Virus record (IMG/VR): IMGVR_UViG_3300045988_146009
Location: 4,816 to 68,815 of that record
Source: a virus
Length of the DNA: 64,000 nucleotides
Direction: 5' to 3' (one strand)
Shown: positions 27,428 to 36,455 of the stretch, one piece after another
Numbering within the stretch: position 1 is the stretch's first letter
Layout of the letters: each line of letters starts with the position of its first letter
Made by a program: the position numbers and the translations under genes
Notes under the pieces: model-generated
What the model was told of the DNA's origin: nothing
The model's database searches: none
The model's input: the letters and a program-made list of their open reading frames with translations, nothing else

Positions 27428-27655
27428 ATGAAGAAGATATGCGAGACCTGCCATTACTTTGGCCAGGACCCCATAGATACTCCGTGCCATATATGTGAAG
27501 AGTCTTTCTTTTGGGAACCCAGGGACCCCAACGACCCTCTTCCCAAACAACCAATGGAACGAGATTGCAGAAACTGTGGTTTTAGTACTCAACCCGCACA
27601 CACCTATCCCTGTAGCATGTGCTATACCTTTTCCCAATGGAAATCCAAGTCATGA
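27428..27655 (+). CDS. small zinc-ribbon protein
   Basis: MKKICETCHYF...CHIC...CRNCGF...CSMC. Start trimmed to MKK; it overlaps the upstream stop. Confidence 0.5.
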   Translation: MKKICETCHYFGQDPIDTPCHICEESFFWEPRDPNDPLPKQPMERDCRNCGFSTQPAHTYPCSMCYTFSQWKSKS

Positions 27656-27831
27656 AGAAGACCTGCATTAACTGTTGGAGAACCTTCTACCCTAATCCTG
27701 ACAATGAAGATGAAATGAGAGGGTATTGCCCCTCATGCAATCTTTCGTTTGACAAGATGCTAGAACATCTAGAAAAGCTAGAAGCTCTTATCATTAAAAA
27801 CATTTCTAAGAAATACACACCATCAACATGA
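27652..27831 (+). CDS. small zinc-ribbon protein
   Basis: MKKTCINCWRTF...CPSCNLSF. ATGA overlap with the upstream gene. Confidence 0.5.
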   Translation: MKKTCINCWRTFYPNPDNEDEMRGYCPSCNLSFDKMLEHLEKLEALIIKNISKKYTPST

Positions 27832-28346
27832 ATAAAAAAGTCGATAAACTTCTCAATACCCTCCTTACCGCGGATGACCTCCGTGAAATCCTTTACTTGT
27901 GCAAAGCTAAAAAGACTCCCAGCTTGGCCAGGGCCATGTCCTACCTGCTCCCCTACATTGAGCACAACACCCTGGAATGGGACGAAGCCATGGACTACTT
28001 GTTTAAAGAGCAGACTTGCGCCCACGTTTTCACCTGTCCTAAGTTCAAAGCGGAACCCCTTATCTTCATTAACCCCTACATGCTCTTTCCGAACGATATG
28101 GCCGAAGTGCTCGTTGCTCGTTTTGGATGGACTACTGAGGTTTTTTGTTTGTCCGGACTCTATAACTTCAAGGACTTCTGCAAGGCCCTGGGTGGACTTC
28201 ACCCGGAACTTCCCTTTGAAAGTGAGGCTAGTTTCGTGAACGCTTGGGAAGACTATCAGGAGGTAAGGTCTACTGGTGAGATGAAGACCTTCTATTTCAA
28301 ACGGGATAGCACAAACTCGTTCTTTAAAATTATCTTTCAACCCTAA
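27828..28346 (+). CDS. hypothetical protein
   Basis: 172-aa ORF, ATGA-coupled. Confidence 0.5.
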   Translation: MNKKVDKLLNTLLTADDLREILYLCKAKKTPSLARAMSYLLPYIEHNTLEWDEAMDYLFKEQTCAHVFTCPKFKAEPLIFINPYMLFPNDMAEVLVARFGWTTEVFCLSGLYNFKDFCKALGGLHPELPFESEASFVNAWEDYQEVRSTGEMKTFYFKRDSTNSFFKIIFQP

Positions 28347-28355
28347 ACAAGAATA

Positions 28356-28396
28356 GCCGCGCAAGACTTCTAACATCTTGCGCGGCTACCCTTTTC
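28356..28396 (+). terminator. rho-independent terminator
   Basis: Stem GCCGCGCAAGA / TCTTGCGCGGC with a 10-nt loop, followed by TACCCTTTTCACC. Confidence 0.55.
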
Positions 28397-28560
28397 ACCA
28401 ATCAAACATACATGAAACACATGGACTTCGATAGGGGTAAAGTATCATATATCTGTCATAATGTCAAGATGTGATTGACTTACGAGACAGCTAATGTAGA
28501 ATAGACCCATGAACAAAATCAAGTTTCAATGCTCTACTTGTTCTAACACTTTCAACTTGA

Positions 28561-28815
28561 ATGAAACCGTTTGACACCCATTTCCTTTTTGCGTGCTTCT
28601 CCTGCTATACTCCCTTCAATCTTTCCGAAATCGACCAGACGAAACTGTGTTGTCCAATATGCGGAGACGAAGTAGACTACAAGCAAGACCCTGGGGATGT
28701 CGTAGAATATAAAACCCCGCTCACATGCTTCGAGCAGGACCCTCCCATATCCACTAGGGTAACTTACCAGTGCCCCCATTGCCAAGCTCCTTTATCTGAA
28801 CTACCCAAACTCTAA
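28561..28815 (+). CDS. small zinc-ribbon protein
   Basis: FACFSCYTPF...CCPICGDE...CPHCQAP. Preceded by a 21-aa mini-ORF (28509-28574) that duplicates its N-terminal FxCSxCxxxFNLxE motif. Confidence 0.45.
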   Translation: MKPFDTHFLFACFSCYTPFNLSEIDQTKLCCPICGDEVDYKQDPGDVVEYKTPLTCFEQDPPISTRVTYQCPHCQAPLSELPKL

Positions 28816-28836
28816 CAAACAAAACAGAACAAAACA

Positions 28837-29136
28837 ATGTTGCCAGAAATCAGCCCGCTCGAATTGCAAATCCAGACGATGACTTCCGAACTGGAACGTC
28901 TCCCTCAAGACAAGTCTATTTGGTCCCTCACCCCTACAGGTAAAGGAGGACAGCTTGCTCTTGACTTGAAGCTTAAAGTAAACGAGAACCAGTACCTGGA
29001 TGCCAGCAGGGTATATGAGATGGACGAAATTCCCACCGCAAACGAAAGCATCAAGCGCATTGTGGATGCTTTCCTGCTCAATATTTCTCTCCTGGATTAT
29101 CAAAAGGATTTCCTCAAATCAGCAGAAGTAGAATAG
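28837..29136 (+). CDS. hypothetical protein
   Basis: 99-aa ORF. Confidence 0.45.
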   Translation: MLPEISPLELQIQTMTSELERLPQDKSIWSLTPTGKGGQLALDLKLKVNENQYLDASRVYEMDEIPTANESIKRIVDAFLLNISLLDYQKDFLKSAEVE

Positions 29137-29222
29137 CATGCAAGGTATTAATTTCTTCTTTTATATCCTCTGTTCAATCCTCTGTTTAATCCTACTCGTT
29201 TTTATCCTATTCTCAGCACATA

Positions 29223-31112
29223 ATGACGACCCCTACGCCTAACACTACACCTAAGCCAACCAGGAATAGCCTGACTCCACGCAAGGTAGCCGATTGCCAT
29301 GAACTTAACGGCGATACTATCGCTATTGACTTTGAAACGTATTACGACAAAGACTATAGCTTGAAGAAGACCTGCTACCATCATTACTGCAATGACCCCC
29401 GGTTTGATGCGTACATTATGTCCGCGGCGACCGACGAGGAAGTTTGGGTGGGACACCCGAGGGATTTCGACTGGGAAGTAACGAGGGATAAGACCGTCAT
29501 CTCCCATAACGCCGCATTTGACCGGACGGTATACGAGATTGGTTTGAAAGCCCCCGGAGACTGGCCTATGCGTAGCTGGATGTGTTCGATGGCCGCGTGC
29601 AACTACTTGAACATCCGTGGCAACCTTGCACAGATTTCTTGGAAGCTCCTGAATATCTCCATGAGTAAAGAAGTTCGTGAAGCCGCTCAGGGCGTAGACT
29701 TTAGCAAGATGGAAGAAATCCCGGAGGACATGATAAACTACGTGGCCTTCGATAGTATTTCCTGTCTTGCCGTCTGGTATGCCATTGAAAAGTATTGGCC
29801 CTCTGATGAAAGATACCTGTGGAGTCAGACGGTGGACATGGGCGTAAGGGGCATTCCCACCAACAAGAAATGGCTCCAGGCCGCATTGAAGCGTTTAGAG
29901 GAGAGGGTGGCCTATCACGAAAGCCAGATTCCATTACAGAAAACACAATCCAGAAACGAGCTCATTGCCTATTGCAAAGCCAACGGAATCGAACCCCCCA
30001 CCACTACCGCAAAGACCAATCCCCTGTGGGAGAAGTGGCTGGACGAATGGGGCCAGAGTGTCCCATGGATTCGGCATCTGGCTTTACAGCGGTCAGCCAA
30101 TCGCGTCCGCTCTATTTTCACCACTGCTCTGGAACGACTCTATACCGACGAGAATGGCGTAGACCGGGTTCCCTTCACCCTTCGTTATATGGGGGCTGGA
30201 ACAGGAAGGTGGTGTGCGGGTTCTGATGGGTTTAACGCCCAACAGTTTAACAGAGAACGAGTTGAGGGAATTAACACCCGTCACATGATTCAAGCAGGTA
30301 AAGGATTCCGTCTTGTCGTAGCCGACTTCGCCGCCGTTGAGGTACGAGTAGTTATGTGGCTATCAGGTCAGACGGAGATTTTCGATTACCTAAAGCAAAC
30401 CCCTGACCTCTATGAAGCTTTTGCACGATTCCTTGGGCAGATGCCCGCAGGTGCCAAGACGCTAAAAGGGTGGTGTGAAGAAAATCACAGTCCCCTTCGC
30501 CATCAGATTAAATCTCAGGTTTTGGGGGCTGGCTTCTGTTTGGGTTACAAGGGACTTCACAAGAACAACCCCAACATCCCTCTTGAACGGTGCAAGGAGC
30601 TGATTGATGGTTTCCGTGCGAAGTGTCCCAAAGTGGTAGCTATGTGGCATAATCTAGAACGAATCATGAAGCGAGGTATTGCGTCCCCCAACCGTTGCTT
30701 TGCTTTGACTCTCCCCTCCGGGCGAAAGGTTTGGTATCGAGACATCCACCGTGAACTAATTACACCGAAGGACAAAGATAAAAAACCTTTCACTGCATGG
30801 GTTGCAAGCACCCCTGATGATAACGGAAAACCAGGGAACGTAATCCTTTCGGTCGCCCTACTCACCAATAACATTGTTCAGGCCACCGCCCGTGACCTCA
30901 TGAAGAACGCTATTGTGAAGGCTGGGATTCAGGGGAAGAACTTCGAACTCGTTCTTCCGGTGCATGACGAACTGGTTGTACGATGCCGGAAGGAGGATGC
31001 CCCCGCTGTAGAGAAAGCCCTGTCCAAATTCATGACGGAACAACCTTCCTGGGCTTCAACCCTGGAGCTTTCTGCACCCCCTTCTACCTTCTATAACTAC
31101 ACAAAGGATTAA
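29223..31112 (+). CDS. family-A DNA polymerase with N-terminal 3'-5' exonuclease domain
   Basis: Exo I IAIDFETYY. Motif A VVADFAAVEVRVVMWLSGQ (compare DYSQIELR). Motif B RHQIKSQVLGAGFCLGYKG. Motif C VLPVHDELVV. Confidence 0.8.
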   Translation: MTTPTPNTTPKPTRNSLTPRKVADCHELNGDTIAIDFETYYDKDYSLKKTCYHHYCNDPRFDAYIMSAATDEEVWVGHPRDFDWEVTRDKTVISHNAAFDRTVYEIGLKAPGDWPMRSWMCSMAACNYLNIRGNLAQISWKLLNISMSKEVREAAQGVDFSKMEEIPEDMINYVAFDSISCLAVWYAIEKYWPSDERYLWSQTVDMGVRGIPTNKKWLQAALKRLEERVAYHESQIPLQKTQSRNELIAYCKANGIEPPTTTAKTNPLWEKWLDEWGQSVPWIRHLALQRSANRVRSIFTTALERLYTDENGVDRVPFTLRYMGAGTGRWCAGSDGFNAQQFNRERVEGINTRHMIQAGKGFRLVVADFAAVEVRVVMWLSGQTEIFDYLKQTPDLYEAFARFLGQMPAGAKTLKGWCEENHSPLRHQIKSQVLGAGFCLGYKGLHKNNPNIPLERCKELIDGFRAKCPKVVAMWHNLERIMKRGIASPNRCFALTLPSGRKVWYRDIHRELITPKDKDKKPFTAWVASTPDDNGKPGNVILSVALLTNNIVQATARDLMKNAIVKAGIQGKNFELVLPVHDELVVRCRKEDAPAVEKALSKFMTEQPSWASTLELSAPPSTFYNYTKD

Positions 31113-31118
31113 ACATAA

Positions 31119-31286
31119 ATGTACTATGAAACAATTTTAGCGTACACTTACGCTGTATCAGGAGCACTCTTCGTTCTGTCATATGCCTCATATCACTTCT
31201 TCCTAAAGGTGTGGCCCTTCGTATATCTGATGGCTATACTCAACTTAACGTCAGGCATTTTAATCTTTCTTCCAAAATACCTCTAA
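31119..31286 (+). CDS. small hydrophobic protein (2 predicted TM helices), not in ORF track
   Basis: 55-aa ORF MYYETILAYTYAVSGALFVLSYASYHFFLKVWPFVYLMAILNLTSGILIFLPKYL. Confidence 0.3.
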   Translation: MYYETILAYTYAVSGALFVLSYASYHFFLKVWPFVYLMAILNLTSGILIFLPKYL

Positions 31287-31290
31287 CCAA

Positions 31291-31575
31291 ATGAACCAAC
31301 GAAAGAAACTTCAAAAAGAACTTACCGCCAATCGGATTTCAATGCGCCACCTGAGACGGTTGGCGTATAGTCTTGAATCCAAGGGAGATTTAACCGCTAC
31401 GCAGTGCATCATTGTAAACAACAAGATTCCCCTTTTCTTCAATTTCTCTCCTTCCATTCCCGTCAACTTCAAACCCATCTACCCCTTCATTTACAATCAC
31501 GCTTATTGGATGAAGGACAAAAAGGACTGGGCTTTGACCTGCTACGAAGACGACAGTTATGCTTACAATAAATAG
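31291..31575 (+). CDS. hypothetical protein
   Basis: 94-aa ORF. Confidence 0.4.
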   Translation: MNQRKKLQKELTANRISMRHLRRLAYSLESKGDLTATQCIIVNNKIPLFFNFSPSIPVNFKPIYPFIYNHAYWMKDKKDWALTCYEDDSYAYNK

Positions 31576-31576
31576 T

Positions 31577-32299
31577 ATGGATACTTCTAGTGAAATATGG
31601 GGGATTATTAAGGATTTCCCGAATTACAGTGTAAGCACTTTAGGAAGAGTAAAAAATAACCTTAGTGGGAAATTGTTGTCACTTTCAACTTCTCAAGGAG
31701 GATATTATTTTGTAGCTCTATATCGAAATAATGGTGGAGATAAAAAATATCTTCGGGTAAATCGTCTGGTGGCGATGACGTTTATTCCGAATCCTCATAA
31801 TAAATCTCAAGTAAATCATATAGATGAAAATAAAAAGAATAATAGATGGGATAATTTAGAATGGACTACACCTACGGAAAATAGAAATCATGGGACAAGT
31901 ATTATTCGTTCAGCAAAAAGTCTCAGTCCCGCGGTTGTCCAATATTCTTCAACAGGTTATTTTATTGCAGAATACCCAAGTGCTGTGGAAGCAAGAATAG
32001 TTACAGGAGTATCTAATTTAGCCATTGCTAAATCATGTAGAAAAGAAAGGGCGATGGGGGGAGGCTATCAATGGAGAAAAAGGGAGGATGATTACCCTCT
32101 TCAAATTGAATCCGCAGTTGGACCTATTAAAGCGATACTTAAATATAGCCCTACAGGGGAACTTCTTTGGATATATTCAAGTATAAAAGAAGCGAGCGAA
32201 GATACCACGGCTACTCTTTCAAATATTGTAAGTAATATAAAAGGAAGGAAGAGTGTAAAAACAGTAGGGGGCCACATTTATAGAGAGGAAATAGTATAA
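31577..32299 (+). CDS. free-standing HNH homing endonuclease (AT-rich relative to its neighbours)
   Basis: VNHIDENKKNNRWDNLEWTTPTENRNHG HNH core. N-terminal IWGIIKDFPNYSVSTLGRVKN is NUMOD4-like. Codon usage is visibly more A/T-rich than the flanking replication genes. Confidence 0.75.
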   Translation: MDTSSEIWGIIKDFPNYSVSTLGRVKNNLSGKLLSLSTSQGGYYFVALYRNNGGDKKYLRVNRLVAMTFIPNPHNKSQVNHIDENKKNNRWDNLEWTTPTENRNHGTSIIRSAKSLSPAVVQYSSTGYFIAEYPSAVEARIVTGVSNLAIAKSCRKERAMGGGYQWRKREDDYPLQIESAVGPIKAILKYSPTGELLWIYSSIKEASEDTTATLSNIVSNIKGRKSVKTVGGHIYREEIV

Positions 32300-33651
32300 T
32301 GTTAACACCCTATCCTCTTCAACAGCGGGCAATAGAAAAGCAAGCAAAAATAATTAGGGACAGGAATTTTGCCCTTTGTACATCTTCCCTCGGTTCAGGA
32401 AAGACCCTAATGGCTATTGAGACCGCAAGGTCTCTTGGCCTCACCCCTTTGGTGGTAGCACCCAAGTCCACTCTTACTTCATGGGAACGAACCCTCGACG
32501 AGCAAGGGGTGGACTACTACGACATTCTGTCGTGGGAGAAAATGAGACGCGGTGATACGAAGTGGTATAAGAAAGTCAATCAGAAGAGCAGGAATGGGAA
32601 GTGGAACCTTCCTAAGAATACCCTGCTGATACTTGATGAAGTGCACAAAGCAAAAGCTGGTTCCCTCTCCCAGCAAGGGAGGATGGTGATTCATGCGGCT
32701 ATGCAGAACATCCCCATCTTAGCCATGTCCGGAACCCCCTTCGTCAACCCCCTGGATATGGAATTCATCGCTATCGCCACCAAGCAGATACGGGATTCCT
32801 TTTCTTTCCGCCGCTGGTGCAAGCAACATGGATGCACTCAGAACTGGTTCAATGCCTGGGAGTTCAACCCCAGGACCCCCGGAGGGGAGAAAGGATTGAA
32901 AGACATCCGGGAACTTCTCTACGGGAAGAGCCCCACGGCGGTTCAGATTACACGGCAGGACTTGAAGGAGTTCTTCACGGACTCAACGCTCTCAGAGGTC
33001 TTAGTGGACTTTGATGCCAAGGTGCTCAAGAAAATGAAGGAGCTTGAGAAGTTCGTTCTGAAACAGGACCAGCAACGGAAGGAAGACTTGGAAAGGGACG
33101 AAGCCAAAGTTCTGGAAGCTCTCGCCAAGGGTAAGGAAGCGAACGTTTCTTCCACCCTGCGGGAAATCCTCCGTGTTCGGCAGGAGATTGAACTCCTTAA
33201 AACCCCCGTCATGTCAGAGTATATCCAGAATCTTCTTGACGAAAACAAGAGTGTCGTGGTATTCGTTTCATTCAAGGAAACAATCAATGCCCTGCTCGAA
33301 GCATTCAAGGAAGTTCCGAGCGTAGTAATCGACGGTTCTGTAACCGGGAAAGACAGGCAAAGGGCTATTGACCAGTTTCAGGCTGATGAAGCTCACCTTG
33401 CCTTCGTTAACTTCCAGGCGGGAGGTGCAGGTATTTCCCTGCATGACACCCGTGGAGAAAGGCCCCGTGCTTCCGTCCTGAATACCACGTTCAGCATTAC
33501 AGATACGCTCCAAGCTCTCGGACGAATTGACAGAGCCGGAGCTAAGAGCAATACCGAACAGTATGTTCTAGTTGCCGCAGGCACCTACGAAGAAGAGGTA
33601 TTCAAATCAGTGAAGGATAAACATTACTCTATGACTCAAGCAGTTTTATGA
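32299..33651 (+). CDS. SNF2/SF2-family helicase
   Basis: Motif I CTSSLGSGKTLMAIE, motif II LILDEVHKAK, motif V FQAGGAGISLHDT, motif VI QALGRIDRAGAK. Confidence 0.75.
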   Translation: MLTPYPLQQRAIEKQAKIIRDRNFALCTSSLGSGKTLMAIETARSLGLTPLVVAPKSTLTSWERTLDEQGVDYYDILSWEKMRRGDTKWYKKVNQKSRNGKWNLPKNTLLILDEVHKAKAGSLSQQGRMVIHAAMQNIPILAMSGTPFVNPLDMEFIAIATKQIRDSFSFRRWCKQHGCTQNWFNAWEFNPRTPGGEKGLKDIRELLYGKSPTAVQITRQDLKEFFTDSTLSEVLVDFDAKVLKKMKELEKFVLKQDQQRKEDLERDEAKVLEALAKGKEANVSSTLREILRVRQEIELLKTPVMSEYIQNLLDENKSVVVFVSFKETINALLEAFKEVPSVVIDGSVTGKDRQRAIDQFQADEAHLAFVNFQAGGAGISLHDTRGERPRASVLNTTFSITDTLQALGRIDRAGAKSNTEQYVLVAAGTYEEEVFKSVKDKHYSMTQAVL

Positions 33652-34880
33652 AAGAACCAATCGAAACAGAAGTTGACGGACACAGTAAGTACAGTCCCTC
33701 TTCCATAGCCAGTTATGCAACATGTCCAGGCTATTCCCCAAAAGAGAAGGAAGAAGTTAATGACGAAGAACTAACTGAGATGGACCCCGCGAGCGTAGGC
33801 TCTCGAATCCACGAAGCCCTGGAAAAAGATGACCCTTCAATTCTTCTTTCCAGTCAGGAACACTGGATGTACAACAAGTGCAAATCTGAAATGGAAGAGC
33901 TCATTATCTTGTTCTCCAAGGTGTGTGACGTTAAACCAGAAGAGATTGAGGTAATACCTGAACACAAGTTCCCCGGAGTATCTATGCCACTTGTGGGTAT
34001 CCAGACCGGAACCACGGACGTTCTTCTCAGGTGTGGGGAAGCCAGCCTCATTGCTGACTATAAGACAGGTATGATTGAAGTGGGGCATCCCAAGACTAAC
34101 AGTCAGACCGCGGTCTATTCCCTGTATGAATTCAGTGAGCGTCCGGAATGTAACATGATTATCGTCGCCACTATTCAACCCCAATCGGAGCAGTGTACGA
34201 AGGTAGCCATGATTCTCCGGAACAAGGAAGATAAAGACATCTACACTGTACCGGACATCCCGATGTATGAGAACGGAGATATGAGTGATATATCCCTGCT
34301 CTATGCTTCCACCATAGAAAGGGCTGAAAAACTAATAGCCCACACTTCTGAATACCGTGTAAGTCCTGATGTTTGCATTCATTGCAGACGACTTCCCGTT
34401 TGTCCGAATATTGCCAAGTTGACTTCTCGATTCGGAAAAGAAATTCTCCATCTTGAAGAAGACGACAAGCTTATTGTAGATATGAATGAAGCTATTGACT
34501 CTCCTGAAAACATTGGAAGGTTAATGAGCTTCTATAAAATTGCCCTTGAAAGCGAGAAAGAGATTAAGAAAATTGCACGAGGGCTCTTCAACATGAATGT
34601 GGAAATCCCCGGATGGAAAGCATCCAAGGGAGCTAGGACCATAAGTGTTGACAAGGAGAGGTTTAAAGAGTACGCCCGAAACCGATTAGAGGATTCTGAG
34701 ATTGTTGAAATCCTGGGTTCCCTTCCTGTAGGAAAGATTCTCAATGCTATTATTGATAAGTTTGACTCGGACATGGAGAAGGACGAACGGAATGAAATTA
34801 AGGACACTATGATTTCCGACCTCGAAGATTCCGGAGTAGTGAGAGGAGTAAATACTGGAGTTCGAATTATTCGTTCTTGA
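33648..34880 (+). CDS. Cas4/RecB-like PD-(D/E)xK nuclease with Cys4 (Fe-S) motif
   Basis: An N-terminal Cys (ATCPGY) plus C-terminal CIHCRRLPVC give four Cys. Nuclease motifs TTDVLL and LIADYKTG. Confidence 0.55.
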   Translation: MKEPIETEVDGHSKYSPSSIASYATCPGYSPKEKEEVNDEELTEMDPASVGSRIHEALEKDDPSILLSSQEHWMYNKCKSEMEELIILFSKVCDVKPEEIEVIPEHKFPGVSMPLVGIQTGTTDVLLRCGEASLIADYKTGMIEVGHPKTNSQTAVYSLYEFSERPECNMIIVATIQPQSEQCTKVAMILRNKEDKDIYTVPDIPMYENGDMSDISLLYASTIERAEKLIAHTSEYRVSPDVCIHCRRLPVCPNIAKLTSRFGKEILHLEEDDKLIVDMNEAIDSPENIGRLMSFYKIALESEKEIKKIARGLFNMNVEIPGWKASKGARTISVDKERFKEYARNRLEDSEIVEILGSLPVGKILNAIIDKFDSDMEKDERNEIKDTMISDLEDSGVVRGVNTGVRIIRS

Positions 34881-35069
34881 CATCCAGAAAAACATATAGT
34901 ATAAGAATCTCACCACAGCCCCTCCACCTCTGCTCACGTAACTAATAGAATCTCGCATGTGTAAATGAGGGGCTTATTTCCCCGCTACGTCCTCTCTCGC
35001 CTCTGATTCAAGCGCATCTAGAGAGGACATCAAAACAAAAAGAACCGACCAAAAACAAAACAGAACATT

Positions 35070-35813
35070 ATGGCTAAGATTGAAGAACCCGAAATCGTTG
35101 ATACCGAAGTCGCTTGCGAATGCCCCCAAGAACCCTGCGAACTTGCCACCACTGGCACCGACACCAAGCTCCCTGCTTTCGAAGGTGAGATTACCGCTCA
35201 GGACGTTCGCCTTGAAAAACTGAAACTGTTCCATCCTCTCAGCGGTGAAGCGGGCCAGGGTATCGGCAAGATGGGTCAGGCCCTTTTCTCCAACGTTGTC
35301 GTTGCTGATGAAAATACCCCGGTATCTACCATCATTCTTTCTTTTGTAAAGACCTACGTAGAACGTCTCCCCTATGGTGTCGAAGAACGTCCTCGCATCT
35401 ACAAGACTCAGAAGGACTATGTGGCTGATGGCCTCACCTTCAAGGATGTTGACGAGACCGCTAAAATGAGTGTTCTTATCCGTAAGCCTGAGAAACCTCT
35501 CGACCAGACTTCCGAAGATGACATGGACTTCCTGTTCAACATCGACCTCGCTGGTGAGAAGTGGGCATTGGGATATATGTACGTCCGAGGCGTGGCCTTC
35601 AAGGAAGCCATCACGCCGATTACTTCCTTCATTGCCCATAAGGGTTTTGAGAATGGGTTCCGTCCGTACCGTGTTAACTGGACTCCCGTAATTTGCTCTC
35701 GAAAGGCTAGTCCCAATACGAAGTACGCGAAGTGGAAAACCTCCATTACCCGCGGCAGTGAAGGTCAGCTTGATGAAGTCCTGGCACTTCCTTTTGCTGA
35801 TGCTCTCGCTTAA
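35070..35813 (+). CDS. hypothetical protein (recombination-module position; possible ssDNA-binding or annealing protein)
   Basis: 247-aa ORF between the nuclease and the resolvase. No motif recognised. Confidence 0.45.
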   Translation: MAKIEEPEIVDTEVACECPQEPCELATTGTDTKLPAFEGEITAQDVRLEKLKLFHPLSGEAGQGIGKMGQALFSNVVVADENTPVSTIILSFVKTYVERLPYGVEERPRIYKTQKDYVADGLTFKDVDETAKMSVLIRKPEKPLDQTSEDDMDFLFNIDLAGEKWALGYMYVRGVAFKEAITPITSFIAHKGFENGFRPYRVNWTPVICSRKASPNTKYAKWKTSITRGSEGQLDEVLALPFADALA

Positions 35814-35843
35814 AATCCTTGACTAACCGAGGTCTCTAACTGT

Positions 35844-35884
35844 AAACTGCGAACACGATTAAGAACGTGTTCGCAGTTTTACTT
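35844..35884 (+). terminator. rho-independent terminator
   Basis: 13-bp stem AACTGCGAACACG / CGTGTTCGCAGTT, 8-nt loop, then TTTTACTTTAT. Confidence 0.7.
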
Positions 35885-35892
35885 TATACCCC

Positions 35893-36453
35893 ATGACAAA
35901 AAAACTTACTAAAAGAATCGTCGCATGCGACCCCGGTAAAAGCGGAGGTCTCGTTCTCCTTTCCCCCAGCAATACGACGGTTTACTATGCCGCGATGCCA
36001 GAAGACTTGAACCATGTACTCAAGTTTTTTAACATCGTGGATAAACCAAAGCAGGCGGTATATTGGTATGAATACCTTACTTTCGCCCAACAGGCCAGGG
36101 GCAAGGATGGAGAAGTACTCAGGTTCTCCAATCCCCGTGCCATGGGTATACTCGGTAAGAATTCTGGTCACATTGAAGGTATCGCAAAGGCAAAGGGTTT
36201 TGATGTTAAGTCCGTTGTACCTCAACGATGGATGGCCGAGATTGGAGCGCACGAAGCGGGCATTACGTACTTAGAGAAAACTAAGTGGAAGAATAATCTC
36301 AAATCAATTGCACAGCGCGAATTCCCCAAGGCCAAGGTAACGCTCAAGATTGCCGACGCTTTGCTGATTGCTCTCTACGCTTGCCGAACGGAACTTAATG
36401 ACCCAACATATAGTCTTACCGATTGGGAATGTGTTAAAGTAATTTTCGATTAA
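35893..36453 (+). CDS. RuvC-like Holliday junction resolvase
   Basis: N-terminal IVACDPGKSGGLVLL (compare ILGIDPG) and C-terminal KIADALLIALYACR (compare DAADALAIA). 186 aa. Confidence 0.65.
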   Translation: MTKKLTKRIVACDPGKSGGLVLLSPSNTTVYYAAMPEDLNHVLKFFNIVDKPKQAVYWYEYLTFAQQARGKDGEVLRFSNPRAMGILGKNSGHIEGIAKAKGFDVKSVVPQRWMAEIGAHEAGITYLEKTKWKNNLKSIAQREFPKAKVTLKIADALLIALYACRTELNDPTYSLTDWECVKVIFD

Positions 36454-36455
36454 TC

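Noticed and set aside
28509-28574. Mini-ORF plus 28561-28815 as a programmed frameshift
   Set aside because: The downstream ORF repeats the same motif rather than continuing it. This looks like a local duplication, not recoding.
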